Assembly: GCA_051362555.1 (NCBI GenBank)
Contig: CM120643.1
Span: 13,800,644-13,864,643 of the forward strand
Origin: Lingula anatina
Lineage: Eukaryota; Animalia; Brachiopoda
Length of the DNA stretch: 64,000 bases
Direction: 5' to 3'
The notes below the pieces were generated by a model. It saw only the letters and a list, made by a program, of their open reading frames with translations. It did not search any database and was not told the origin of the DNA. The first letter of the stretch is position 1. Every line of letters begins with the position of its first letter. Positions 24,176 through 37,575 of this stretch are shown here, piece by piece. The position numbers and the translations under genes were made by a program.

Positions 24176-27100
24176 ATGGCATACCAAGGTTGGTTCGTCC
24201 TGATTGCGACAATTCCGGCTTCCCTGGTTTGTGCAAGTTTTGCATCGTGGTCAGAGTTTGTTGCGATGTTAAGTCAACCCGATTCCGGGATCTATGGCTC
24301 GGTGACTCTACTAGGTAAGTTGTATTGGCAGAGGACGGGTAAAAAGTTTGTAAGAACATGTGGAAATAGAGGTTCATAAAACTAACATTCCAGGTTCAAG
24401 ACAACATGTACATATACGTACAAAACGTTGCTTTTAGATTTTTTGTAGAAGAATAGTTCACGCCTTATCTCTACTCTCCTCCACCGGGATAAGTTTTTCG
24501 TGGAATATTTACTGATATTTATCTCGTTTTTTCTGCACACATTTCAGTACTGTGATCCTGATATGAAAAGCAAATATAACACGGTAGTGTTATACAATTT
24601 GTCTCTGTCTTTAAATTACATTCACAATCACGGAAGAAAACCCAAAATTAGAAACAAAAGTCTCGGTAGAGTAATAAATATAGATAACTGATGACAGAAA
24701 AGGCAGACCTGGTGACGATTCTAAATTGTAGAGGTACTTTGGCCTCATTATTTCCATTTGGCTCTTTTGATCTTTTCCACCAAAAACCATCGCCACACCT
24801 GATCGCCACACTCCGAGCGTTATGTAACCTTCCAACCCGGAGAATATATCCATATTCAGGGCAACTGTAACAAATATTGGAGTCCCTGTATTTAGTTTTA
24901 TTGATCGACCATTTTTATCGGACATAGTCGTTTACGCTTAAACTAATAGTATTACGACACACAGGAATCGAACGATTCCTTATATTATAAAAACTGAGCC
25001 TCTAAAGTAGAAAGAGAGAGACCCAGGGAAATCGGCACTGTCCCTACCTGCGTGCCGGCCTGTAGCCCATATATGAGAGGAATAAAGACTACCTGAAACA
25101 CAGTTTAATCTGTTGTGTGTATTCAAGCCGCCGTTTCTCAAAAATTAGTAACCAACCCAGGTTAATTACACAAACTCTCTTTATTTCAGTTGGTAACGTT
25201 TACGTAACCAACAAGGCATTGTCTCTCTGTCAGAAAAATAAAAACACAAATGACTTCATCACACAGCTGGCCTCTGGTAGACATTTCCTTAATTGTCACT
25301 GTCAAAGATATAAATAAATAAATAAATAAACAAATAAACAAATAAATAAATAAATATAACGAGCCAAACTAGGCAAAAGAATACTCTTTCCCTGTGACCT
25401 GAACATTATGGTAAAATTAACATCTATTGTATTCTATTTGCCGAACGAAGCGAGGCACATTTTCCTTCCCCCCTTAGCAAAGTCTTGGTTCCGCCACTGA
25501 TCAAATGCACAGATTTTAAATATGGCACCAATCATGACACCTTATCATAATTATACCATTCACCCAAAATCGTGTTAACAGTCATTAGCCACCCTCGGAC
25601 CCAGGTTTAATGTTTTTAAAACTCCCCAAGTGTAGCGAGGCAAATATAGAATGAAAGAAGAAGGGAAGTATTACTTTTAAGTGCAGACCACAGGGGTTGT
25701 AAATTGTCCAGTTTTTGTCTAGTTTGGGGTGGGGGGGGGGGAAGCCAACAGTGTATCCTATGTACACTGTATAGTGTATAGTGTGAATGATTTGTCATAC
25801 GATGGAATGCAAAACCCTACTGTGCCAAAGACACCCTTCCATAAGTATCATAGGCACGCACGCTAAAGTTCATATTGTTCAAATGCCCGTGTAGAGCCGC
25901 ATTTTGCAACCGACCGCATTTTGCAACCGGTTGCAAAATACGTTCAGTTGCAAAATGCGGTCCTACTAAGTACAGCCGCATTTTGCAACTGAACGCATTT
26001 TGCAACCAAAGAAAATCGTGAAAACGCATTTTGCAACTGCAACGCATTTTGCAACCAGGATTCTTTTCTAAGAGTCTAAAACAGTTTGAAGTACTAAACA
26101 AGTAGAATTAGAGGGGGGACGGGTTTGCTTCGACTAAATGCGGCTCTACACCCCCAATATGATACGAACAGGAAACAGTCACAAGTAGGCCTAATCCTCA
26201 TGAACCAAATCAGAAGTTAAATTTGTAGCTAAATGTTATAGGGAAAAGCAGGACTTCTTAGTACAATTTAACACAATAGCCCAAAATACGTATGGCATGT
26301 CTATGTGGAGGAACCTTTAATGGATGTGGTAGTATCATGTAAAATATTATATCCTGGCATAATTAAGGTTGGCAGAATTTGTTCCAATTGCGTAAACGTC
26401 TTCATAATCATATGCATTAATCTTTATTATATGTATTAGTGTTCGTGTAAAATACATGTAATCCTTAATTTGTTATTGTACTGTTCGTACGGTAGTTACA
26501 GAATATAATAGTACAGTGTAGCTTAAAGTCATATTAAAATGCACAAGTACCGAAAAAAAAATGGTAAATTAGTAAGAAAGAAACATATTAAGACATCATA
26601 TGTAGGTTTAATAAATGATAATCAGGATGCATTATTTTTATAAAAATTTCAGGCTTTGTTCAGTCAGTTTACGTCCTGAGTGCTTTCGTGCCCAGTCCAT
26701 TTACAAAGATGGCCGCCAAACACCTCAATATACGCCTGTCTTTTATGACCGGATTGGCAATCTCGTTCTTGGGCCTGGTGCTGAGTTCCATCGCCCCGGA
26801 TATTACATTTCTGACAATATCGCGCGGAGTTTTTGTTGGTTTTGGCGTCAACTTCACCATGGTGCCCATATCATTTCTTATAGCTGAGTGGTTTCCATGG
26901 GAACATCGTTTCCACGTTTTGGCAACAAGTTTTCGGATGATGATTAATCCAATAGGTAAGGGCAGCTTTTCGTAATGTCTATTTCTTTAGTTGATTTTGC
27001 ATATTCACCAACTGCTACCTGGAAAACACATTGACTTGCAATTTTAATTCTCTATTAGAGCTTCAATCATAAGACATAAAATCGATTCATAACAGTCACC

Positions 27101-29786
27101 ATGTTGTCATGACTGTCAGCTTTAATGAATCAGCTTTACTGACGAAAACTTTAATAAAATAAATGTTAGCAGCAGCTCAGTTTAAGGTGGTTCGATACGT
27201 TAAAATGGCCTAAATCTGACAAATCCAAATCTGATCTGATCCCATCTTTTTAATGTAAATTGCTTATCTAGATATTAGTGCAATAAAATCAAACACTTTT
27301 AGAGCAAAAAAAAAAAAAAAATTTCGTCGTGAATAACACCAACCCACGCGCATCTGCTTTTGAGTCCCGCTCGCAATTTATTAAACTGCTTTGTAAATTG
27401 GTGTAAGATAGTGATCTGTTTCCGTCGTTACTCCGAAATTAAGTAAAATATTATCATTAAAATTGGCATTGCTGACGACCAGGGTGTGAGCTACAATCCC
27501 ATGCTAATGTTTGCCTTTGAAATATTTTATTTATGAGATATGATCCCCTAATTACGATGTCTCACCACACTAAGGCATTAATACGCCTCTTTAATGATAA
27601 AATCAGAAGTAAGCCTTTTAAGAAGATTGCCTTACACGGGATTGTTGCACTTATTGTCCTGATTAGATAGGCTTTTAAATGGTGCTGATAGCTTATCAAG
27701 TGAGGGAGATCGGCTTGAAATAGAAAACACAATTTTCACAACAAAAACGCTGTCATTACGTCATCAGTCCGAATAAACATTCGTGTCGATGTATTTTCGA
27801 TGTAACAGCAATATCTCATAACATGACGATGTTGATTTCATTCTTATGATCATCTCTGCATTATGTAAGCGGATAGGAAAATAGACACTAACATATTGAA
27901 CCACCTTAACGTGTTTCAAAGGTCCATTGAAAAACGGCCATCTTCTGTTCAATTTCCAGGGAGCGTAGCTGGCGCTAATCTTATCAGATGGATTAATGAT
28001 CTTCTCGGCTGGAGGTATTCTTTTGGTGTTCTCGCCATTCTTGCAGTCTGTACTGCTTTTGGTTTGGTGCTGTTTCTTCGCCACCCAGAAGAACAAGACA
28101 AAGATAAGGCACATTCTGAAGCACTCGAACAAAGTAAAATTCCATGGAGCAGGGCATCTAAAATGATTATATTTGTTCTTTGGGTGACTATATCATCTTG
28201 CAAAGCAGTTGGTCAAACAGTATTTTACACCATTGTGGTAGGTTATAGGATATGTAACATTAACATGAAATGGACTATCAGAAAAATAATTCTATAAATC
28301 TTATATAAATAATTAATGATATTAAAGTTATAGGTACAAGTCATTCAAGTCATTCAATCATTCAAGTCATTCAAATGTACCATATATGCGCTCTATGATA
28401 GGTGGGTCAAAATGTTTAAACATTAACACTATAAAAATGTGTTTTAGGTAAAATATGGAGAGGACCTGGGTTTTGATGCTCTTACTGCCACTCATCCCTT
28501 GACAGCAGATGGGATAACAGGATCTATATCTAGAGGGCTCACCTCTTTCCTTGGAGACTATATAAAGGGGAACATTCTGCATATGTATGCCGTTTGTGCC
28601 ACCATGTTGTCAGTGGCCAATGTTTTGGTGCCGTATGTTAAATCGCCCGTTGAATTGATAATATTTGGCGCAGGTAAAAAAAAAAACTAGAAAACGCTAT
28701 TTTTTCGTATCTTGTAACGTAAGATTCACTTGACCCTATTTTATTAAAGACAGAACGATGTTTTTCTTATTTGTAGACTGCTATTGTAATATCTTATATT
28801 CTCTCTGATATTTGTTTTATTATTTGCTTTCAAATCATGATTTTACATCACAGTAATAGGAGCCGGACAGGGTCCTATCTTGGCCGCGTGGTATGCCGCG
28901 TGCAGTGAAGCTCTTGGTGGGGAAAGTGTGCACACGCTTTTTGTCCTCCAACTTGTAAGCTGGGGAATAGGGCAATCCATTGGAAGTATCTTACCAGGTG
29001 ATATCCATCATCTTCTTATTTAGTTTTGATCACTATTCCTCAAAATTCATTGTGACATTCATACAGAGAAAAAATTAAAATGTCATTTAAAGTGGATTGC
29101 AGTTGACATAGGGCAGATATTACCAAGAACCCACACTTCATTCATTTTGTATTGGCATTAAATTAATTTTGTATTGGCATTAAAAATTCAAACTTGGTTT
29201 GTGGATTAGCAGTTAAAATATGAACCCATTCAGAACAGCGGACTAACAGATTCGCGGATCAAATATGGCGACTCACTTAAAAGTTTGCCGCTTAATGCTC
29301 GATTTGACACTGAATAGATTCCCCGCGGGTTTTACGCAACAAGCGTTTAAGTGCGTAGGCCATATTTGACCGGCAGATCTGTTAGTCCGTTGTTTGTTAA
29401 ACCGATCCAGGCCTTTCCATTCGTAATTCGGAAAATCCCTTTAAGTTTCCAGTCGTAGCACAAAGTTACATTTACAATGATGATTATTTTTATTCCTTTC
29501 AGGGCTTATTCTTGATTTTACGAAGAGTTATACCTTGCTGTTTCATGTATTGGCAGTGTCCTATGGCTTCATTGTATTTGGGTTTATTTGTATAATACTG
29601 CTCAATCGACGACATGCTTCTGTCAACGAAGGGTATCGTACTTACAACATGGCGTTAGGAAAAATCGGCTCAGCCTCTAAAACTGCTGAAGATATGTCAA
29701 CGTCTGAATATCGATTGATACTTGAATCATATATAAAATATGATTACGTTGAAGAGAGGGTCCAGCCATCTCAGGATGAACGATGA
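24176..29786 (+). CDS. Monocarboxylate-transporter-like MFS permease (SLC16 family), copy 2; 6 exons, 457 aa
   Basis: Exons 24176-24314, 26653-26955, 27960-28237, 28448-28673, 28854-28997, 29503-29786; same exon sizes as copy 1 except 3 nt fewer in the last exon. Confidence 0.87.
27186..27905. mobile_element. Non-autonomous Kolobok-like element (TTAA TSD, GGTGGTTCGATA termini); only its right part survives in copy 1 (~13970-14335); relative at 48372-49048
   Basis: TTAA|GGTGGTTCGATACG...ATTGAACCACC|TTAA; TTAA|GGTAGATCGATAC...GTATCGATTTACC|TTAA. Confidence 0.78.
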
Positions 29787-30914
29787 AAGGCAACTGACAG
29801 GAGACCTGATTTCGGCAAATCTGGGATGATTCCGTAATTCACTTACACGCAGGTGGTTAAATCATGTGACCAAAAATCATGTGACCACGTGGCGCCAAAG
29901 ATACAATGGAAACGTGAATGTCCCGCAAGCAGCTACTATGGAAGGAGACGTAAATACATTCAGAAGTTAGATACCATGTTTTGGAAGACCATTATGTTCT
30001 AGCCACAAGTTTTTTGACCTCTCCTGTTTGGAAAACATATCTATGTAGTGGCTTCAAGGTGGCCTGGATGTGAGGAACTTTGCAGCTTTTGCTTGCAAAC
30101 TACATTGAGGGTCGTATATAATTTTTAGTAGGCATAAAAAGCTTCACCAATGCAATTTGTATCATACTTAGTATTCTGCCGTGAATAAATTTATCTATTT
30201 ATAAAAAACACTTCATTAAAACGGGATATGTTGCGGTTGCTTTTAGCGGAACTAAATGCCCACTACAAAGTGCACAGTGGCAGGTCATTGACTTTGATAT
30301 AGACAATTTACCGCAGACTCAGTAAACCTTTTCTTTACCAGAGCTCGGTTGGATGCAGACAACCTCACCAGGCACAAAACAGAAGTGTGTTTAGCTGCTG
30401 ACATATCTGTGAATACCTCGTGATAAAAGTCTACAGAGTACAAAATACCTTTGAGCGTATTATTTAATGGATACTTGCGAGAAAGTTTTCAAAATCGCAA
30501 CGAATTCATTGACATATTTTTACCGACCTTTTATAATACAGTTGGGAGATCCTTTAAGGCTCATTCCTTATGATATATCTGTCTGATAGATTTAGATATT
30601 TACATGCGTATTTGCCGCTATCGCATCCATATTAAGATTAAAAAAATGTTAAGTACCTATGTTAGCTTTGTTGCTATGGTGATTTGACCTTAGGATTCAA
30701 TTATTCTTGAACACTATGGGAAATTTAATGTTTTGCATATATTTTCAATTTCTTCACAGGTGAAGTGCGATCATAGTCCATTTCTCCTACAGATGGTCTT
30801 CAATACATATGACAAACATAGTTGAAAATATTTATAGGTGCCCATGCAAATTTAGTTGCTATGGTAACTTATTTTACTATAAAATTGAAAATCTTCATTT
30901 TCTTGGTACGTTTC

Positions 30915-30952
<38 letters not shown>

Positions 30953-31225
30953 CGGTAACGTGTTTTCATTGACTTAATTAACTCACCACACTAGGGGTGC
31001 TTTCCCAGAGATTTAGATCGATCTAAAGATTAAGTTTTAGATCGACCTCACTCCCTGGGGGTTCACGCTAAATTGCAGTCTGCCAAGCGGGCACCATAGT
31101 TAATTACCCCCTTACAGCTTTTAGTAGGCGGGACAGACGCTTAAGCCGGCCAAGCTGACAGTAATTTAGTGAGACTCCCCACAGGGATAGATCGATCTAA
31201 AAATCTATGGAAATGGGGTGTAAGT

Positions 31226-31326
31226 CATCAGTACATAGCAAAACTAGAATTTGTCAAAGAGTGATTGATACCCATCATCAGTATATAGCAAAACTAGAGT
31301 TTGTCAAACAGTGATTGATACCCATC
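31226..31326. repeat. 50-bp direct tandem duplication
   Basis: catcagta.atagcaaaactaga.tttgtcaaa.agtgattgatacccatc twice. Confidence 0.85.
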
Positions 31327-32129
31327 TATATTCTGTTGCTATGGCAACTTGCTTTAAGATAAAACTGTTTTATTGGTATATTTTCAAAGTTTACTTTGCA
31401 GGCAAAGTATTCTCAACAACTTAACTCACCACGCTATCTGTTGATGTTTTGTTAAATGTAAGTTGAGGAAATTCTTGATTAAAAAGCATTTGTTAAGCAA
31501 TTTTAGCCAGCCAGTTTACCTCAGCTTTTGTCTATTGCTAGATTGCCTGATCGCCAGCACTAGCTGCAGACGCAATATAATAGTAACACACAAAGCATAC
31601 GCAATGTTGTGTAGAAATTTGTCAATCTACAGAATCTAATAGAAAACAACTAAAAATAAATTCGTGGATAAATTCCGCCCGCATTTATTCGTTAAGTCTG
31701 TTGTTCCTTATGATTCCACTCACCACAACTCCCGCAAAATCTCTTTTCATTTTAAGCAAAGACACGAGATTTTGGTCCATCTCGGATGATACCCAAAGTG
31801 AACTCCGCGCCTTTCAGTCAATGAATAAAACTGTGGCTTAGGACCCTAAATATTACAACTGTCTATGCGTGTGCGTTGTCCTTTCTTTCAGTTCAGCCAC
31901 CTCAAATATTCAGATTTTGTTTGCAAAGGCTTCTCATATACACGTATGATAATTAGAGTTCCTTTGAATTAATAAGCAATGTTCTAGTGTCGGGTCGCAG
32001 CGGATAGTAGTCATAAAATATACATCCAATTAAATATACATCCAATTTAATAAGCACCTAGCCTAAAGGGGACTGCGGTAGATAAGGTTGGTAGGGGAAA
32101 TGGAGACAACGAAAAGTTATTCTTTTTCA

Positions 32130-32193
<64 letters not shown>

Positions 32194-32220
32194 ATTTCCC
32201 ACAAAGGAAAGCCTCGTGAA

Positions 32221-33021
32221 TTAAGTCACTGTGAAAGATGGTTCGACAAAAGTCCCTTTATGTAATGGAATGGTTGTATTTGATTTTTCACGTACAGTAA
32301 CACGACCAACAAAACCCATCGGCACAGTGTCTGTGAATGGCGTCTCGGAGTTAGAAGAGAACGTCACGGTATTGCTAGATAACGTCGCAGTGTCTGTTGA
32401 TAACGTTACAATATCTGTAGATAACGTCACAGTATCTGTTGATAACGTCATAGTATCTGTAAATAACGTCACAGGATCGGTCCACATCCATGACGCATAC
32501 GATATCATAATTGGTAAGCTTGTCTCTGACGGGGGATCATCAATCCACTCTGCTGACTCTCCGAACCCTTGAAAATGAGTTGAGTGTGCATATATAATAT
32601 TAGGTGTCGTCAGTTCCTCAAGAGAGTTAGCCTCAGCGATGTCATTTGACGTCACCAGCGCTGTTCTCACAGCTGAAGCGGTAATTTCGTGTGTTGTTGC
32701 CCAGAGGGGCTCTAGAACAGTCATTTTCATCTCGTCAAAGGGTGTCGTAGAGTTAGAGCCAATTCTCATTGAAGGTGTCCACATCCAAGACCAATAAGAC
32801 ACCATTATTGCTAGACTAGTGTCGGAGGGTGTGGCGTGCAACCAATCGGGTTCAGACGGTTTAGGCAGCACGGTTGATGATGCTTCAATAATGCTTGCCC
32901 CAGATGTTGCTCCTGCTTTACAAATTGGGTATAATGTCGCCACTGCTGCTAAAAGTAGTGCAGAATTATCCCAGCACGTGATAATGAACAACAGTATTGC
33001 CAGTATAAGTATAAGTTGCAT
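32221..33021 (-). CDS. Probably secreted Thr/Ser-rich protein with two W-rich motifs and TDTVTLS heptad repeats, paralog A (266 aa; C-terminally truncated relative to B)
   Basis: Long single-exon ORF, hydrophobic N-terminus MQLILILAILLFIITCW, conserved in frame with paralog 40867-41787; splice acceptor (cttcag) just upstream at ~33054. Confidence 0.7.
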   Translation of the reverse strand: MQLILILAILLFIITCWDNSALLLAAVATLYPICKAGATSGASIIEASSTVLPKPSEPDWLHATPSDTSLAIMVSYWSWMWTPSMRIGSNSTTPFDEMKMTVLEPLWATTHEITASAVRTALVTSNDIAEANSLEELTTPNIIYAHSTHFQGFGESAEWIDDPPSETSLPIMISYASWMWTDPVTLFTDTMTLSTDTVTLSTDIVTLSTDTATLSSNTVTFSSNSETPFTDTVPMGFVGRVTVREKSNTTIPLHKGTFVEPSFTVT

Positions 33022-33492
33022 TTCTATCCGTCATATATCTGTAAGGCTAACCTGAAGACTATACACAACCATGCTGCACAAGATGTAATGTGATATTTAA
33101 GTAATACATTGCTACGATCCGCCCTGATGTTGAAGTGTAAGGGCAATATTGAACGACCGATCTTTTTTTATTAGAGTCGCACGATGGAAAATTGCACCAG
33201 GTAACCCGATTAACTCATGGGCCTCACCAGCACATATCTCTTCGCAGTGTCGCGATTTGGACATCTTAGGAGGTACTGCAGTTGTGTGCACAACACTTGG
33301 AATTTAAGGTCAACTGACAATTGACCCCTGGTCTGTAAAGATACCTATGATTGGCGGTAAATATAGAACCCCTAGAAAGTAGAACGAAGTACGAAGGTCA
33401 CACTAGATAAATCCAGAGTTAGGAGCAAGTACAGTAGGCCTAAAAGACGTGGTATACTCTTGAAGCACAATGTACGTGTAGCACTTGATATT

Positions 33493-33725
33493 TAGAAGTA
33501 TAAATATTTTGATGCATCTAGAAAGATCTACATGATAGTTGTTGAATACAGTCCGAGCTTTCGGCCCCTGGGCCTTCTTCGGGGAATATATGGTAAGGCC
33601 CATGAGTTAATCGGGTATACCTGAATTGATATTCCCCGAAGAAGGCCCAGGGGCCGAAAACTCGGACTGTATTCAACAAGTATTATGTAGATCTTTCTAG
33701 ATGCATCAAAATATTTATACTTCTA
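33493..33725. mobile_element. Inverted-repeat element (~97-bp arms) carrying a Penelope-type minimal hammerhead motif in each arm; probable Penelope-like inverted pLTR relic
   Basis: tagaagtataaatattttgatgcatctagaaagatctaca...ggggaatat and its exact-like reverse complement; hammerhead-like motifs at 33552-33585 (-) and 33633-33666 (+). Confidence 0.65.
33552..33585 (-). ncRNA. Candidate minimal type-I hammerhead ribozyme (U4C core variant)
   Basis: Minus strand reads TCC-CCGAAGA-A-GGCC-CAGG-GGCC-GAAA-GCTC-GGA: stem I UCC/GGA, stem II GGCC/GGCC, palindromic AGCU stem III, CUC cleavage triplet. Confidence 0.5.
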
Positions 33726-34651
33726 TTATTACCAAGATCTATACGGTAAATCAACATGAATCCGCACTTGATATTTAAAATGCAACTGTTTTGGTTAGAT
33801 ATGTATTAACATTTTTATTCCAGCTGGACTGAATGACGTTTAAAAATTTTCTCTATAAATTACGTGTATTTGTGCTGTCGTGCAGTACAGTATTGCTTCC
33901 TTAAACGTGAGGCTTTTTTAAGGGTATTAAAATACAAGCCATTGTTACAACAAATATATACTTTCAGAGATTTGATCTCTGCAGTGAAAAAGATAAGTTA
34001 ATGATGTAGATATTCTATTTTCTATGGACCGCATTCACCGGAATGAGTCTGAATAAGATCATTAAATTATCGCAACAACATGGGACACGCACAGCATGGG
34101 AATTAACGTCACGTGCAGCTTTAGTTGTATTCTAGCGTTTGTAAAGAAAATCAATTGTAAATGGGTAGAGGGAGGCCGCCATATTAAATAGTGATATATG
34201 TGGATTTTTCAATTTTTTTAATTTTTTTACCTCATTAATGAGACGATTGACACCAAAAGAGTCTTGAAGCAAGAAAATACTATCATAAACTTCCCTGCAA
34301 AATTCCATAACGATAGTTACTTCCATGGTCAAATCCAACCATTTTACAACAAATTTCTCAGCCTTTTTGATATGTCAACATTTTTTCTGTGTTTTGTCCA
34401 AAACTTGCCATATATGTATATATGTATACTAAAGACAAAGTGTAAATTTTAATTAATTAATTAATTTATTTATTTATTTATTTCCAAAATGATTCCTCAA
34501 AACACAAAACACAATATACATGCTCTCGTCTTTAGCCATCTTAATACAAGTACAATTATATCTTCCTTAAAACCACGTAGGCACCATCATTGTAACCCAA
34601 TAATATATTTCCCGCAGTAAAGTCAACTCGACCTTTGGCTCTAGCAGTAAG

Positions 34652-37491
34652 ATGGAGAGCAAGACTGCAAGTTGCACCAATGGGGATTTCACGGTGGAAT
34701 CCTTGCTGGATAACAACAGATTGCTGAACTTGCCGCTAGGTGGCAGAGTGGACAAAGTGTACACCATTGGTTGCTTTGATCTGTTCCACGAAGGACACGT
34801 GAACTTGCTGAACAGGTGCAAAGCCCTTGGAAAACAGGTGATTCATTGTGTGATGCAGATGTCTGAAAGTGTCGTTAACCACCCACCTCCAAAACCACTA
34901 CGACCACTGTCACTTCCTAGCAACTAATGTTGAATATAGAATTCTTATCGTCATTTTTGTTCTTCTTATTATCAATTCATTTACTTTTTATGGACTTTTT
35001 ATTACCTAATTCGGCAAGACATCGTTTTACGCAGTATTTAAAGCGGGACATACGTCATAGCCATGTTATACGTGTAGTTAATATTTATTTGTCCAAGCCT
35101 TAAGGATTTGAGCAAATTCTCAAATTCTCATTCTAGCACTTCTATTCTACTTCTATCCGGGACTCCTAGGTTAATTCCGAATCTCTAATCAAATGATCCG
35201 TAATAAAACAAGTTTGACCAAAAGTTACCAGGACGTCCCATTATAATTCCAGCTCATAGTCGGTGTTCATGACAGTCGTAGCTGTTATAAAATGAAGCAC
35301 AAGGTTCCCATTGAAACAATAGAGCAGCGGATGCTGAAAGTCAAGCAGCATGCGGATGTGGTAAGCAAAAATTACATTAAACAATTACTGATGACATCGT
35401 GTTTTAATGGGTCTCTTCTTCTTTTTATTTACAGTCTTTTCTTTCATTTTTTCTCAAACTTTATATATCGAAACACATGTCGGATGCTTATATCCAAAAA
35501 CATGATACATTTTTAGTAAATACATATCCACTCTTGATGAAAAAGTCCATTTAACGGATTAGTAAAATGGGAAAATGCGTCGGGACGGGTAATCTTTGAG
35601 GTAATAGAGAGCTTTCGCAACTGCACGTTTAGGCGACCGACTACATTTAGCTATCCGTAACCGTAAAGTGACCAACGTTTATTTTTTCGTGATTTCGCAG
35701 AAAGACCCGGTTAGCCTTTACGGATAGTCGAATTGTACAGTAGGCTGATATATGTTTCCCGTGCTGTAAGCAGAGACGTTAAATTAGGTCATACGCCATT
35801 GGACAAGTTAGGTATTTTTTGCTGCACACGGGTCATGAACGAATAGGTATGATAAGCATGTATAGGAGTAAAAAATCTTAAAATTACACACACCTCAGCA
35901 TGGACCTCCTGCAAATGGCAGTTCAAGACGATGATGAGGAGTTGATATACGCTCTCCTTCGCGATAGACGTCAGAAAAGGCTAATAACCTATGATCCTGA
36001 ATGGCCAAGTTTTACTTTGGGTACCCTTACTAACGATCAGTGTTTGAACGACTTTCGCTTTGAAAAGGAAGATGTATTTCGCTTGGTAACGTTATTAGGA
36101 CTTCCTGTCTTGATAACTGTAAGTAACAGATGCAGGTGCAGCGGACTTGATGCCTTATGTATGGTTTTAAGGAGATTTTCGTACCCAAATCGACTGAGTG
36201 ATTTGGAAAGATTTTTTGGTCGACCTGCATCGACCTTATCCGTGATCATCAATCACACTGTTGGTCTACTCTATGACAGTCATCATCATCGTTTGGATAC
36301 ACTGGATAATCCGTGGATGGGTCCTGCACAACTTCAAATTTATGCTGATAAAATACATATAAAGGTGCGCCGCTGCAAAACTGCATAGGTTTTGTGGATG
36401 GCACGGTTCGTCCTATAAGCAGGCCAACACGCAATCAACGTGTATGTTACAATGGACACAAGCGCATTCACGCATTGAAATTTCAATCAGTGGTGATACC
36501 TAGCGGGTTGATTACGCATCTTTATGGTCCTCTAGAAGGGCGAAGACATGATTGTGCACTGCTTCGTTTGAATGGACTGATGGAACAAATGGAAGCTAGA
36601 GAGCTTACTGATAGGATTGGTCTTCCATACGCAATTTATGGAGATCCGGCTTACCCCGTTAGAAGGTATCTGTTGAGTCCCTTCAGAGGAGCAAATTTGA
36701 GTGCCGAAGAAGAAGAATTCAATGGGAGAATGTCATCTGTCGGGATATGCGTCGAGTGGGAGTTCGGAAACTTATTGCGAAACTTTGCCTTCCTGGACTT
36801 TCGAAAGAATTTAAAAGTTCTGTTGTCTCCTGTAGCCAAGTACTACTTCGTAGGTGGTCTTCTGATCAACTGCCATACCTGTGTGTACGGCAATCAGACC
36901 AGTCGGTACTTTCAGCTAGATCCTCCCACCCTGGAGAACTATTTAGCATGAAATGTACACGTGTAAATTGTGCGTATGAAAAATTAAAGAGTAAAATCTA
37001 AAATTCATACAGCAAGAAAACATTTATTTAGATGAAATCTTGAAGAAAAAACTACTGTTTTAACAAAGATTCATCTCATGTGTATTTTGTAGGCAGCAAG
37101 AGCCTAGTATGTCAATTCAGTTTTTCTTTTTAACCAAAGACATATATAACCATCTCCATCATGTGTTTGTCTTTCTCAATTTTAGCTTCTCGCTCTTTCT
37201 TTTCTAATTCAAAGCGTTCTTTCTCGAAGGCCAACGTGTCTTTCAGGTAACTGACGTTAATCTGCAGATGAATCAGTACGGCGCTTCTTAGTTGGCGGCA
37301 TGTTGTCGCAATTTTCAGCTGAAAAAATAATCGTGTCACCAATTAATGCAGCGTTAGTTTTGTTGCTGATACAATTAATATTAATCAATATTTCTCTTCC
37401 CAAAATTTCAGACTGAAATGCAGTTTAACCAAAAAATGTTGACGATAGTACAGACCCCTTGATAAGATTTAGAGGCCCGTATCTAACAGTG

Positions 37492-37575
<84 letters not shown>

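Larger units (their letters stand above)
16282..29866 (+). repeat. Tandem segmental duplication, copy 2
   Basis: Starts caacccccccccccgaatttttttggcc (matching 5219 ff.) and ends after the second MCT stop; differs from copy 1 by several large indels. Confidence 0.93.

Noticed and set aside
32231-32572. Plus-strand ORF with VDNVTVS repeats
   Set aside because: Antisense shadow of the minus-strand Thr-rich gene, which has the longer frame and a signal-like start.
34652-36951. Bacterial contamination (TagD-like gene + IS-like transposase)
   Set aside because: The cytidylyltransferase has canonical spliceosomal introns conserved in both paralogs, and the transposase is of the eukaryotic Harbinger type.
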